Notes: generated by a model not told the origin, from the sequence alone. A stretch of DNA of 63,929 bases, filler included, from Chlamydiia bacterium (GCA_903848235.1; 13 parts of 13 records of this genome joined end to end with filler, not necessarily neighbours in it), one strand, 5' to 3'. Shown: positions 19,759 to 30,728, counted from the first letter of the whole stretch. Made by a program: numbers and translations.

Positions 19759-21738
19759 ATGAACTGGTGGGTTATTCTTGCATGCTGTGTGCTCTTGTGC
19801 GGAGAACATGCCTTTTGTGCTGCGCCCGTAACGGCCTCTTCTGAGGCGACGCAGCAGTTAGACTTAGCCGATCTTCCAAAACTGTTGCATGAATTAGCGG
19901 CTTTCAACCCCGGCAAGAAGTCGATAGATGAAGAGGTGCTGCTGAGATCGCGTGAGAAGCTTTTCTCGCTTTTTGATCCCGAAAAAATCTATCTCTTGGA
20001 GAGCGAAGTCGCCCCTTTCGTAACTCCTCAGAATGGAAAACGGTTCCTCTCAGAGTATCAGCAGAATATTTTCACAGCGTATTATTCGATGCTTGACCTC
20101 TGTCGTGCTGCCATACTTCGCAGTCGTACTATTCGCAAGGGGTTTTTTTTTACTGATAGTCAGACGATTGACAAGATCAGAACTGGGCCTTCGCGCAGCT
20201 ATGATCATTATGCTGCTGATCGCAACGATCTTACCTCGCGCCTCTTTCATAAATATGTGCGACTGATTACGGATCGGCTGCCAACGGATGCTGAAAGCGA
20301 CAGCAAACGAGTGCAGAGTGCTGTAGCTGTAGCAGAACGGCAGTTAGAAGCGCATGAGAGCAGCTGGCTAGCACTTGACACCAGCCCTAGAGCACTGAAA
20401 GAAAAACGGTCGGCGGCAGCGCGCGTTATTCTCAAAACGATTTTATCATCCCTAGACATGCATTCGGACGTGATGGGAGAGAAGGGGGCTCGCGATATTC
20501 GCGAGCGCCTGACAAAAGAGTCGTTTGGTACCGGTGTAGTTCCATATATTGACGATACTGGATGCTTTGTGAAGAAAATCGTGCGGGGGTCTCCGGCAGA
20601 CCTCCTTGGGGGGATTTTCGTCAGCGACAGGATCGTATCGATTGATAGGAAGCCTTGCTCTGAGATGTCGGTATCGGAAATCAACGAGCTGCTGAACGGT
20701 GAGAAGAAGGGGTTTGCTCTCTGTGCACTGAAGAGAGCGGCAGTGCAGGGAAAAGGGGAACAGATGCTGACGGTGAGTATCCCCAGATCTCAGTATACCG
20801 TTCTCGAGGGGCGTGTAGAGGCTAAAAAGTTAGCCACGCCTTATGGAACAATTGTCATTCTGAGGCTTCATTCCTTTTATCGAGGGGCGCCAGGTGTTTC
20901 TAGCTCCGAAGATGTGAAAGCGGCATTGGCAGAGGCTTCATCGCAAGGGCCTATAGCAGGTGTCATCTTAGACCTTCGAGATAATGGAGGCGGCTATATC
21001 ACTGAAGCTGTCCGTGTTGTCGGTGAGTTTATAAAAACCGGTGTTGTCATGATGGCGTGCTATGCTGATGGCTCCCGCCTTGTCTTTCGAGACATAGATC
21101 CAGACATTGTTTTTTCAGGGCCTATGGTGGTGTTGACATCGAAGGATACAGCATCAGCGGCTGAAATCGTGAGCCAGGCGCTCAAAGACTATGGACGGGC
21201 TATTATTGTCGGAGATCCTCAGACATATGGCAAGGGATCGATTCAAATGCAGACTGTTACCGATAAGGGGGAAAAGGATGTCTGGGAGAATGTTCCTCTA
21301 CGATATACCGTTGGTCGCTTTTACACAGTGTCAGGATATTCTCCGCAGAGGCTTGGCGTGAAAGCTGACATTGTCATTCCTGGAATGCGCAAGCAGGGAA
21401 GCTCAGAGGAAGAAGCGGCAGATGGCCGGCTACAACAGAAAATAGACCCTTTGTTTCATGATTCATTAGATGATGTACAGCTGGAAGTCAAAGGATGGTA
21501 TCAAGAGCACTATCTTCCCTTTATACAAGAGCCTACGGATCGATATCGTCGATGGATCCCCGTCTTGCAAAAGAAGAGCACGGTGCGAATGAGGCAGAAT
21601 CCGCTATGGGCGATTCTCGCCCAAAAACCTGCTTCTGCACTAGAAAATGAAGGTGCACAGGTGAAGATCGATGATCTGCAGATGGCCGAAGCTATAGCTA
21701 TTGAAGAGGACCTGCTTCAGTTGTCGAAGAATCGTTGA
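19759..21738 (+). CDS. tsp: Tail-specific protease (S41A, PDZ) with signal peptide
   Basis: LDLRDNGGG, ASAAEIVSQALKDYGRA, TYGKGSIQ; next to rpsL as in Chlamydia. Confidence 0.9.
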   Translation: MNWWVILACCVLLCGEHAFCAAPVTASSEATQQLDLADLPKLLHELAAFNPGKKSIDEEVLLRSREKLFSLFDPEKIYLLESEVAPFVTPQNGKRFLSEYQQNIFTAYYSMLDLCRAAILRSRTIRKGFFFTDSQTIDKIRTGPSRSYDHYAADRNDLTSRLFHKYVRLITDRLPTDAESDSKRVQSAVAVAERQLEAHESSWLALDTSPRALKEKRSAAARVILKTILSSLDMHSDVMGEKGARDIRERLTKESFGTGVVPYIDDTGCFVKKIVRGSPADLLGGIFVSDRIVSIDRKPCSEMSVSEINELLNGEKKGFALCALKRAAVQGKGEQMLTVSIPRSQYTVLEGRVEAKKLATPYGTIVILRLHSFYRGAPGVSSSEDVKAALAEASSQGPIAGVILDLRDNGGGYITEAVRVVGEFIKTGVVMMACYADGSRLVFRDIDPDIVFSGPMVVLTSKDTASAAEIVSQALKDYGRAIIVGDPQTYGKGSIQMQTVTDKGEKDVWENVPLRYTVGRFYTVSGYSPQRLGVKADIVIPGMRKQGSSEEEAADGRLQQKIDPLFHDSLDDVQLEVKGWYQEHYLPFIQEPTDRYRRWIPVLQKKSTVRMRQNPLWAILAQKPASALENEGAQVKIDDLQMAEAIAIEEDLLQLSKNR

Positions 21739-21832
21739 ACCCGGGGTTGAAGACTCTTCCATTGAAAGAAAAGACGGAAAATAGATACTCTTCCCCTGTC
21801 AACCTTTGTTGGCAGCAGTATTTGATGGCTAA

Positions 21833-21905
<73 letters not shown>

Positions 21906-22154
21906 ATTTCCCCCCCCCTGCTATCCTCACCGTTATTTCCTTCTTATTTCTGGTGAGGAGAAATTTTCTTTCATTTTGTTCTGTACTCAAAATTCCCTGA
22001 TTAGCATATCTACTGGACTTTCGGGAGAGACGAGCGGATATTTTTTTTATGGTATGGAGTACTAGGGAAAAAAATCAGAAAAGAGCGGGCAAAAAATGGG
22101 CCCTGCCTCACTCTTTGAGGCGTTGAATGAATGTTAAGAAACTGAAGGATTGGT

Positions 22155-22520
22155 ATGCATCTGACAAAGGCCGAGATAAGCCGGTTTAAAAAACGTCTCG
22201 AAGAAATGCGAGACAAACTCACCACTTCTCTTCAGCTGAGCACGGCTGAGGTGAAGAAGCCAGATGAGTCGACAGGATATTCCCAGCATCAAGCAGATCA
22301 AGGGACTGATGATTTTGATCGTAAGGTGAGCTTGGAATTGACAAGTCAGGAGTTTCAGGTGTTGCGGAATGTAGAAAGAGCCTTAGAGAAAATTCATGAA
22401 GGCACCTATGGCATCTGCGATATCTCTGGAGAAGAGATTTCCAAAGCACGGCTTGAGGCAATGCCGTATGCAGCGACGACTGTAAAAGCTCAAGAGAAAC
22501 TCGAGCGCGGCCTTCTGTGA
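22155..22520 (+). CDS. dksA: DksA/TraR family transcription factor (chlamydial single-Cys type)
   Basis: HQADQGTD, ALEKIHEGTYGICDISGEEI, RLEAMPYA. Confidence 0.92.
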   Translation: MHLTKAEISRFKKRLEEMRDKLTTSLQLSTAEVKKPDESTGYSQHQADQGTDDFDRKVSLELTSQEFQVLRNVERALEKIHEGTYGICDISGEEISKARLEAMPYAATTVKAQEKLERGLL

Positions 22521-23005
22521 TGACAAAGAACGGTCGGCATTGGGTCGTTGATATCAGCATAGCACTTGCTATTTTCGTCGCAGATAGGGTGGTCAAATAC
22601 GCAGCTCTCTGGTGGCTCCTTCCCGGGGTCTCGCTCCAAGTAGGATCCTTTTTAGGGATCGATCTCCTGTGGACGCTGACCTATAACCAAGGAGCAGCAT
22701 GGGGGCTGTGTGGCGGAACGCCCATGGCATTGCTTATCTTTAGGCTTTTTTTTGTCGCTTCTCTGATAGTCATCTATCTGAAGGCGCAGATGGCACCACT
22801 AGTACGGACGGCGTTGGCAGTCATCCTCGCCGGCGCCTGTGGGAACATTTTCGATACGTTTATCTGGGGGCATGTCGTAGACATGATCCATTTCCAATTT
22901 TGGGGATGGAATTACCCTGTCTTCAACGTGGCAGATATCGCAATTTGTCTCGGATCCGGAGCCATTTTCTTTCTGACATTCTTTTCCAAACGCGAACAGT
23001 CATAA
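22517..23005 (+). CDS. lspA: Lipoprotein signal peptidase II
   Basis: NQGAAWG, GACGNIFD, GHVVDMI, PVFNVAD. Confidence 0.93.
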   Translation: MMTKNGRHWVVDISIALAIFVADRVVKYAALWWLLPGVSLQVGSFLGIDLLWTLTYNQGAAWGLCGGTPMALLIFRLFFVASLIVIYLKAQMAPLVRTALAVILAGACGNIFDTFIWGHVVDMIHFQFWGWNYPVFNVADIAICLGSGAIFFLTFFSKREQS

Positions 23006-23057
23006 GTGGCTTTTGCAAAGGTGATAGCAATTTAAAAAGAACATTGGGAGGCATTCT

Positions 23058-24293
23058 GTGGATCGAGGAATTTCTATCATTGCCATCGGTGACGAAGTGT
23101 TGCACGGCGTGACCCTTAACACCAATTCTACCTATATCGCCGATGCTCTCTTTCAACGTGGATATCTCCCCGTCAGCCATTCCGTCACCTCTGATAGCCC
23201 AGAAGATATTGCCCGCGTCATTATTCAGGAGCTGCGTGCACGGCGCGATGTGATCGCTACAGGCGGCCTAGGGCCAACGAGTGATGACAATACAAAGGCT
23301 GTTGCTGCAGAGCTGTTTTCACGTCCACTTATACGGGATGATACCCTGTTCAAAGAGCTTGGCCGTCGCTATGGAGAGCAGTTCCCGACGCTCGAACATC
23401 AAAGTCTTCAGCCGCAGGGTGCTCGTATCTTTCGCAATACTGTTGGGACTGCTCCTGGAATCCTTCTCGAAGATAAACAGCTTTTCCCCGGTGCCCGCCT
23501 ATTCATATTGCCTGGACCTCCGCACGAGATGAAAGATGTTCTCGTGTCTGAGATATTGCCGCAGTTTTTCCCTCAGAGGGCAACCCAATGCCGTGTCTTT
23601 CGATTTCTTGGCCTCTCAGAATATGAGATAGATTCGTTTCTTCGTGTGTTACAAGAACAGCATCCTCAGCTCCACGTCGGGATTTATCCTTCCTATCAGA
23701 TCGTTCGTGTGCATCTGTCAGTCCTTGACCCAAATGAAGAGCCGGTGCTGGAGAATGCTGCAGCAGCAGTGCAGTCTGCCTTCCGGCAGTATCTATTGTC
23801 AGAATCGGACACAACACTTGAGGGCGTAGTGCACGCGCTTCTTCGTAAGAGGGGCTGGAAGATTGCTACGGCTGAATCGTGTACTGGCGGGGCTGTTGCT
23901 GCAAGGCTCACCTCTCTTCCTGGGTCTTCAGATGTTGTTTCTGGGTCTGTTGTGGCCTATCAAAATGAGGTGAAGGAGTCTGTGCTTGCCGTTCCTCTGG
24001 ATGTTCTTCGACAGCATGGGGCTGTAAGCACAGAGGTGACTGAGTATATGGCACGAGGGGTTAAGGCGCTTTTCGGAGTTCAGGTAGTCTGCGCTGTGAG
24101 TGGATTCTTTGGCCCTGATGGGGGGACGCAGGAGGCGCCTGTGGGAACGGTATGTGCTTCGTTCTTGATGCCGAACAACGAAGTATCAGAGTGTTTTTTC
24201 TTTCATGGCACACGGGAAGCGATCTGCGAAAAAACGATTCAAGCGCTACTGGCGAAACTTATTATGTTGTTGCGAGGGGCACCAGCCCCTTGA
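23058..24293 (+). CDS. cinA: CinA family protein (molybdopterin-binding-like domain plus NMN deamidase PncC)
   Basis: IGDEVLHG, GGLGPTSDD, LPGPPHEM, AESCTGG, HGAVS. Confidence 0.92.
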   Translation: MDRGISIIAIGDEVLHGVTLNTNSTYIADALFQRGYLPVSHSVTSDSPEDIARVIIQELRARRDVIATGGLGPTSDDNTKAVAAELFSRPLIRDDTLFKELGRRYGEQFPTLEHQSLQPQGARIFRNTVGTAPGILLEDKQLFPGARLFILPGPPHEMKDVLVSEILPQFFPQRATQCRVFRFLGLSEYEIDSFLRVLQEQHPQLHVGIYPSYQIVRVHLSVLDPNEEPVLENAAAAVQSAFRQYLLSESDTTLEGVVHALLRKRGWKIATAESCTGGAVAARLTSLPGSSDVVSGSVVAYQNEVKESVLAVPLDVLRQHGAVSTEVTEYMARGVKALFGVQVVCAVSGFFGPDGGTQEAPVGTVCASFLMPNNEVSECFFFHGTREAICEKTIQALLAKLIMLLRGAPAP

Positions 24294-24309
24294 CGAAACG
24301 TCAAGGGGT
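24286..24309. terminator. Hairpin terminator after cinA
   Basis: CCCCTTGACG-AAA-CGTCAAGGGG followed by TTTT. Confidence 0.65.
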
Positions 24310-24325
24310 TTTGGTGCAGGGAAGT

Positions 24326-25207
24326 TTAAGAAAGAGCTTCTCTGAAGAGAGCAAGTTCTTCTACTTTGCGTTCGACAGTTTCACGGAGCTGGGTTAAGAG
24401 CCCTTTTTCACCGTCTTTTTCTAAGCCGGTGATCTCAGCTAGAAGAGAGTCGATCTCACGTTCTTTTTCAACCATTTCTGCTGCAAGCTCTGGATCAATT
24501 TCTTTGGCAGGAGTTGCTGAGGCACGCTCCTTCACAGCAGCTTTTTTCTCTTCTTGATGGACAGGTGCTGTTTCCTCAGCTTTTTTCTCTTCTACAACAG
24601 TTGCAGCTTTCGGTGCTTCTGCTACTAAAGAAGCCTTTGTCTCAACGAGTTCTGCGGGAGGAAGGGTGCTGGCTGTGGCAGATTCCACTTTTGCTAGCAA
24701 CAGTGCTAATGCTTCTGAATAGTTGCCAAAATGAGCTCTTCGAAGAGCGCGGACTTCCTCATCATCGGCGGCTAACCCTTCTGCTTCATGCAGCTCTTCG
24801 GCGACTTCTTGCTGTTCGCGTCTGATCAAGGCAATCTTGCGCTCTTTTGGGTCACTTGGCAGAGCTTGGACTGGAGCAACAGGCGCCTTTTCGTCGACTT
24901 TACTTTCTTGTTTCTTTTCGACGGTGTGCGCAGCAACAGCAGCGGCGGCGGCGATAGGAGCGGTTGAAAGCTCTTCGATCTTCTTTGCGATTTGAATTTG
25001 AAGCTCAGAATCGTCAAGTGAAAAACCTTGAGCGCTCAGTACGTCGGTCAGATCTGCGAGAGCGCCGATCGCCGTTTCTCGAGTTTCATACGTTTGGCCG
25101 CAGCAGGTTTTGACCGAATCTTTGAGTTTTGAGGTATCCATTTGCTCGTCTAGCATTCCGAGCCATTGCATGAGTTGCCCATTAAGATCTGAAAGATTAA
25201 TTGTCAT
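24326..25207 (-). CDS. Hypothetical Ala/Glu-rich coiled-coil protein
   Basis: Long ORF, AGGTGA SD before ATG at 25207. Confidence 0.75.
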   Translation of the reverse strand: MTINLSDLNGQLMQWLGMLDEQMDTSKLKDSVKTCCGQTYETRETAIGALADLTDVLSAQGFSLDDSELQIQIAKKIEELSTAPIAAAAAVAAHTVEKKQESKVDEKAPVAPVQALPSDPKERKIALIRREQQEVAEELHEAEGLAADDEEVRALRRAHFGNYSEALALLLAKVESATASTLPPAELVETKASLVAEAPKAATVVEEKKAEETAPVHQEEKKAAVKERASATPAKEIDPELAAEMVEKEREIDSLLAEITGLEKDGEKGLLTQLRETVERKVEELALFREALS

Positions 25208-25460
25208 ACTATCACCTATTCTTAACAATTGTTAAAAGGACGCTGGTCGTGGATATTTATGGCAATTTCCCCCCATTTATTACAAGCGTTGATCTTTTAA
25301 TAAGAACTGTAATTTTTAATTACAACGTTGATGCGCGAATTTAGGCCTCCAGGGCTCTGTTCGAGTGGCTATAAAATATCGAATTCGGCAATGTGAACGA
25401 CAAAGCGGAATTTGTACGTTTTTCGATTTTTCGGTAGTTTCGTTAAAAGGGGTAAACACC

Positions 25461-26735
25461 ATGGCGACGCTCTTAGGTATCTGCGCTGCTCTTGCATTAG
25501 CACTGGGGATTCAAATCGTTCCAGGATTTTTATCAGAGCTGCTATTGCCCGAAACACTGTTTGAACTCTTTTTTGCCATTTCCCTGTTTTTCTCAGCGCT
25601 TCCTTGGGTGTGGACCCTTTTCCTAGCGCTAGGATCGGAAACGAATGTCATCTCCGCTGCCGCCCTCCGATCGAATGTAAAAGATAGGAGAATGTATCTC
25701 TACTCAGCAGGGATTATCATCATCTCTTTTGCAGGGATCATCATCGTCTCGCAGCAGCTCATCCCTATTGAATGGAGCTTTGCCATCTGCGCAATTTTCG
25801 TAGGTGCTATCCTTGATCTTCTTCGAGCAGCTTATTTGCGCCTCCAATATCGACGTTTCCCCGAAGGAGTCGCCGACTGGCTCATTGAAACGATGAGAAA
25901 ATCGATACGAATACATGATGAACGGCTCCATACATTGTCGTTTGAAACAGTGTTTTCTCTCATTATTGCTTATATGAAGGCTGGGAGGATGGGCTCCCTG
26001 CGTCTTTTCACCCAGAAGATTATGGGGACTTCCGACCTCTGGCTTGGATCTATTACGAATCTCTCTCTCTATCGACCAGCGTCTGAAAACGAAGAGACTC
26101 TTCTTGATCGCTATTCAGTAGCAGAAGCGAAGACGGCAAAGCGCCTTGCATGGGTGGTCAGCGAAGCGTGCGACATGGGGAATCCCACAGCACTTGAAGA
26201 AGCCGTTCGCCTTGTGGGGCGTCTGTTCTTGACATTCCACGGAAGCCATCCCTCCTTAGGATTTCTCCTCCTAGTAAGTCTCTCGCAGGTGTGTCAGAAG
26301 ACGGAAGGAAAGATCGACAGATGGGAGCTCGACGTTGAGGTGATGGCAGCATTTTCCGAAGTCATCAAGTCTCTCATCGATAAGTCCATGGAACGCGGCG
26401 TCTCAGACACGGAGTCAATCAAGAAAGTCCTAGCTATTCTAGAGACATATGTCAAAGAGAGCTTTCGCCGTGAGAAGTCTGTCAACCCGGCATTTCTCAT
26501 GCAGCCATTTGCAGAAATAGGGCAGATGCTCGCTGCGCCGCGCTATAATGCTCTTGCGGACCGCGATGAGATTATCGCCACCCTCAGGCGTATCCTCGCC
26601 CAATTCGCAGCATTAGAGACAGTGACAGGGCGTCTTGAAATCTCAGGGGAGGGGACTGACACCAAGGCCTCATTCCGCGAGGACCTTCCCTTCACCATCC
26701 CAAGAAAGCAGACAGAAGAGCCTCCTCTTGCTTGA
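25461..26735 (+). CDS. Hypothetical membrane protein (about 4 N-terminal TM helices plus helical soluble domain)
   Basis: Long ORF with hydrophobic N-terminus; AAGGGG SD before 25461. Confidence 0.75.
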   Translation: MATLLGICAALALALGIQIVPGFLSELLLPETLFELFFAISLFFSALPWVWTLFLALGSETNVISAAALRSNVKDRRMYLYSAGIIIISFAGIIIVSQQLIPIEWSFAICAIFVGAILDLLRAAYLRLQYRRFPEGVADWLIETMRKSIRIHDERLHTLSFETVFSLIIAYMKAGRMGSLRLFTQKIMGTSDLWLGSITNLSLYRPASENEETLLDRYSVAEAKTAKRLAWVVSEACDMGNPTALEEAVRLVGRLFLTFHGSHPSLGFLLLVSLSQVCQKTEGKIDRWELDVEVMAAFSEVIKSLIDKSMERGVSDTESIKKVLAILETYVKESFRREKSVNPAFLMQPFAEIGQMLAAPRYNALADRDEIIATLRRILAQFAALETVTGRLEISGEGTDTKASFREDLPFTIPRKQTEEPPLA

Positions 26736-26806
26736 GGCATGAGGATTAAGAAGAACGGGTACGGAGGACATAGGCCCTCCGCACCTCTAGGAACGTTGTT
26801 TTGAGG

Positions 26807-27365
26807 TTATCCTTCCACGGTTTTGAGATTTTCAGTCATTGGATGGCGTTGTCCCATCAGTCTGGCACCTTCTCGTACATCTTGAAGAACGCCTTTGCCA
26901 TGGAGATAGCAATAGCCAAGATGTTCTTTTGCAGAGCCAAAGGGATCGGTTGCATGGGTCTGCATCAATAATCGCACCCCTTCTTGAAGAGTCTTTTCAG
27001 AAGCTTCTGCGTCATTGACATAGTGGCGTCCGAGAATGTATTGAGCCCAGTGATCTCCATCTGCCGAGGCCTCTGTTAGGAGGCGTATTCCTCTGGGAGA
27101 ATCTCGATCAACTCCCTCATCTCCTTTCAAATACAGCTTGCCAAGAAGAGTTTTAGGAGCGGTAGGTCCATACGTTCGCTTGGGGTTACGGTATCCGTCT
27201 GAGATTGCTGAATTGAGCCATCGGACAGCTTCAACAGGATTTTTAGGTTGCATAAACAGGCCGCGTAGGAGAATGTGGCCGATTTGGCGTTCGGCCTTCG
27301 CGTCCCCGCGACCGGCTAATGATCGAAGTAGGGCCATAGCCTTTTCAATGTTCAAATGCACGTTA
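26807..27365 (-). pseudogene. Sel1-like repeat protein, 5' end replaced by the mobile element end
   Basis: AERQIGHILLRG...EAVRWL, LGKLYLKGDEGV, LGYCYLHGKGV; the ORF-track start (MYRFLEAA) lies inside the element. Confidence 0.7.
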
Positions 27366-27535
27366 GCCGCTTCTAAAAATCTATACAAATGTGTACATAT
27401 AGCCCTTTCAGGCCATTGTGAACGGTTGTCTAGATACGACAGCCTAGCAGCTCTGCTGTCGATTCGCGTGGAGGCATCTCACCTACAAGATTCAAGACCC
27501 TTTTGGTATCACAACAGGCGAGATTGCTCTGACCT
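27366..27535. mobile_element. End of the repeated mobile element (copy B, longest)
   Basis: Matches 1-118 (reverse complement) and 46234-46351; minus frame GQSNLACCDTKRVLNLV...* might be a transposase C-terminus. Confidence 0.75.
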
Positions 27536-27765
27536 NNNNNNNNNNNNNNNNNNNNNNNNNNNNNNNNNNNNNNNNNNNNTTAATTAATTAANNNNNNNNN
27601 NNNNNNNNNNNNNNNNNNNNNNNNNNNNNNNNNNNGATTATTTTTTCGTAAACAGCCGGGCTCGGACACCTTTGCTTCACCCCGAGTGATCTCTTTTGCT
27701 CTTTACTATGTGTGCGTCCCCGTCAGGCCCTTGTGATCAATGGTTCCCACATCCGGAGAAAAATC

Positions 27766-28787
27766 ATGAGCATTCATTCTACCGAGAAGAAACACCTGTC
27801 TGCCAATGGTATGCTTCGTGAAGTCCGAGCCACATTTGACGACATTCCAACACTTCCCAAGGATCCCAGAGGATTGAAACATGCTATTTCGCAGGCAGAT
27901 TGCTTGATGTCAGGACTCTCTGTCTTTGGGTTGAAGTTCCCCTCACTTCTGCAGTTCGACAACGGATTGGACGATCCCGTCGTCAAGCACAACCTAAGAA
28001 CCCTGTACCGAGTGAAGGAAGCTCCTTCAGATACATACATGAGAGAACGGCTTGATACACTGGATCCACAATCGATTCGCCCTGCTTTTGTCAGGATTTT
28101 CGCTCTCATTCAAAGAGGGAAGGTAATCGAGGATTACGTGTATCTGGATGGTTGTGTGTTGATCGCCTGCGATGGTACAGGGATGTTCTCTTCCGACGCA
28201 GTACACTGTGGCAATTGTTGCGAAAAGCATCACAAAGACGGAACCATCACCTACTACCATCAAATGTTATCAGGAGTTGTGCTTCATCCCGATCAACGAG
28301 AAGTGTTCCCATTGTGTCCAGAACCGATTTCTAAGGGAGATGGATCCACCAAGAATGACTGTGAGCAGAATGCTTTCGGTAGATTTTTTCATCACTTCTG
28401 CAAGGAACACCCTCATCTCAAGGCCATTTTTACCTGCGATGCACTTAGTGCAAAGGTCCCGTATCTCAGACCCGTGGTCGAAAAGGGGCATCATTTCATT
28501 GTTGGAGTGAATCCCACAGGTAACCCAAGTCTTTTTGAATGGCTCAAGGGAGTTGAGATGGTAACCCACAAAGTAACCCTACGCGGGGAGGTTTTAGAGC
28601 TGAGTTTTTACAACAAAATACCGTTGAATAACTCTCATCCTGATTTTGAGGTGAACTTTGTGGACTGCAAGGTGACCAACAGAAGGGGCAAAACAAGTCA
28701 TTTTTCCTGGGTCACCGACATTCCCGTGACAAAGGAAAACGTGTTTCAAATAGCAAGAGGAAGCAGGGCGAGATGGAAGATAGAGAA
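27766..28787 (+). pseudogene. DDE transposase (ISNCY/ISAs1-related type) interrupted by IS3
   Basis: IACDGTG, HPDQREVFPL.PEPI...NDCE, TCDAL, RARWKIEN, then breaks into the IS3 left end. Confidence 0.8.
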
Positions 28788-28867
28788 TATAATGGACCCC
28801 AAAAATTAGACAGCTTTCAAAGTTATGTTCTGTGCTAAAATTTTAGGCCTAAAGGAGGGCCCAGCAC

Positions 28868-29149
28868 ATGAACGGAAAGCCACGGACAGCTATCTTTAAG
28901 CAGAAGATTGCCATTGAAGCATTGAAGGGCGATAGAACAATCAATGAGATCGCAAAAGAATATGGGGTCCACCCAGTCCAAGTCAGCCAATGGAAGAAAG
29001 AGTTGGTCGACGGAGCAGAAGTTCTTTTTGGGAAGCGCAAGAAAAAAGACGGAACTACTGAGGCTGAAAAGGCGGCCCTGGAACGAAAAGTGGGTCAGTT
29101 GACAATTGAGATCGACTGGCTTAAAAAAAAACTTGGGATTCAGCAATAG
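28868..29149 (+). CDS. IS3 transposase OrfA (HTH)
   Basis: FKQKIAIEAL...EIAKEYGVHPVQVSQWKK...DWLKKK; A9 slippery run at 29123-29131. Confidence 0.9.
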   Translation: MNGKPRTAIFKQKIAIEALKGDRTINEIAKEYGVHPVQVSQWKKELVDGAEVLFGKRKKKDGTTEAEKAALERKVGQLTIEIDWLKKKLGIQQ

Positions 29150-29970
29150 AAGATCGCTGGACTATCGTTGATCCTGGCGACAAGGAGATCTCCCTTTCCC
29201 ATCAATGTCGACTTTTGGGACTAAATCGTTCCTCATATTACCTAGAACCGGTAGAAGAAACGGCATACAACCTGAAGTTGATGAACCTTATGGATCGGGA
29301 ATACACAGCTCATCCTTTTTATGGTAGCCGACGTATGACGGCTTGGCTGTGTGCTCAAGGATATCCAGTGAACAGAAAACGCATTCAAAGATTAATGCAA
29401 TTGATGGGTTTGGAAGCGATTTATCCAAAGCCAAACTTGAGTAAGGCTGATGCGGAGCATAAAAAATACCCTTATCTCTTGAGAGATTTAGAAATAGGCT
29501 TTCCAGGGCATGTATGGAGCACAGACATTACATATATCAGGCTTGACGGAGGTTTTGCTTACTGCACTGCTGTCATTGACTGGTATAGTAGATATGTTCT
29601 CTCATGGAGGGTCTCTAACACTCTTGATACTGGTTTTTGTTTAGAGGCCCTTGAAGAGGCGTTGGAGGTTGGTAAGCCGGAAATTTTTAATACGGATCAA
29701 GGAGTCCAATACACCAGTAGTGCCTTTACAGGTGCATTAGAAAGAGCGGGCATCAAGATCAGCATGGATGGAAAGGGCCGTGCGCTTGATAATATATTTG
29801 TAGAGAGATTGTGGCGGTCTCTGAAGTATGAAGACATATACTTAAAGGACTATTCCTCTGTAAAAGAGGCTCGAAAAGGCATTGATAAGTATTTTAGCTT
29901 TTACAATAACGAAAGGCTCCATCAATCATTGGACTATCGTTGTCCAAGAGATGTGTTTCTATACAGATAG
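29131..29970 (+). CDS. IS3 transposase OrfB (DDE integrase core), -1 frame relative to OrfA
   Basis: YGSRRM, WSTDITYI, NTDQGVQYTS, DNIFVERLWRSLKYE; frame open from the A9 run. Confidence 0.9.
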   Translation, partial: TWDSAIEDRWTIVDPGDKEISLSHQCRLLGLNRSSYYLEPVEETAYNLKLMNLMDREYTAHPFYGSRRMTAWLCAQGYPVNRKRIQRLMQLMGLEAIYPKPNLSKADAEHKKYPYLLRDLEIGFPGHVWSTDITYIRLDGGFAYCTAVIDWYSRYVLSWRVSNTLDTGFCLEALEEALEVGKPEIFNTDQGVQYTSSAFTGALERAGIKISMDGKGRALDNIFVERLWRSLKYEDIYLKDYSSVKEARKGIDKYFSFYNNERLHQSLDYRCPRDVFLYR

Positions 29971-30271
29971 TTTGAAAAGGAGGGCTGTTCACAGACATTC
30001 GTAAGTTGGCAACCGCAAGCCTTCCCTGCCACAAGTCAAGGAAGAGCAGTTGCCAACTTACGAACATCTGTGAACAGCAGAAGAGGAAGAAGAGTATTTA
30101 GTTTTTTTTTAAAAACAGAACATAACCCATTTGGGCGAAAAAGCTGTCTTGACTTTGGGGTCCACTTTACCNNNNNNNNNNNNNNNNNNNNNNNNNNNNN
30201 NNNNNNNNNNNNNNNTTAATTAATTAANNNNNNNNNNNNNNNNNNNNNNNNNNNNNNNNNNNNNNNNNNNN

Positions 30272-30584
30272 CTTGAAAGTTGGAGTTTTTTTGCCGCGTT
30301 AAAGTCTCGATCTTTGAGCCATCAAAAAACATCCAATAGTACACTATGGGGTGTTTTTTTGATGGTCAAATCTCAAGCCTCTTCCGCGACAAAAACACTG
30401 CAACTTTCAACTGTCAGCGGTATATGCCGCTTCCACTTGAAAGTTGGATACCTGCTATCGAAAAAGTCCGCATCTTCGAGTCGGCAAAAACAACCCCTAC
30501 TTCCAGTAGTGGGTCTGTTTTTGTCGATCGAATCTGCGGACTTTTTCTTCGGCATCTATCCAACTTTCAACTGTCAGCGGTATA
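30272..30584. repeat. Two tandem ERIC/MITE-like palindromes (subfamily A termini, different cores) sharing a TA junction
   Basis: Both end CAACTTTCAACTGTCAGCGGTATA (30424, 30584); second starts TATGCCGCTTCCACTTGAAAGTTGG. Confidence 0.8.
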
Positions 30585-30728
30585 TCCTAGGTTTCTCCTC
30601 GCCGACACAAGGCATTTCCTTCAATGTCCTACTCTTTGCTAGATTTCCGGTCTAGCAACTTGTATTTTGAACAACGATGGAGATACAGATGAAGCGTTTT
30701 TTGATAAAGCTGATGGGAGCTTCATAGA

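Larger units (their letters stand above)
28788..30169 (+). mobile_element. IS3-family insertion sequence (about 1.38 kb)
   Basis: Imperfect terminal inverted repeats TATAATGGACCCCAAAAATTAGACAGCTTT / AAAGCTGTCTTGACTTTGGGGTCCACTTTA around orfA/orfB. Confidence 0.9.

Noticed and set aside
22155..22520. DksA lacking the four-Cys zinc finger
   Set aside because: As I recall this is the normal chlamydial DksA form, so not novel
27138..27535. Plus-strand ORFs sharing ASKNL..C.HIALSGHCERLSRY (also 46015-46351)
   Set aside because: Shared peptide only reflects the repeated element end read through from unrelated flanks
30272..30655. Possible CRISPR array or small ORFs in the tandem repeats
   Set aside because: Units are about 160-nt palindromes without regular repeat-spacer periodicity, no cas genes; ORFs are repeat read-through
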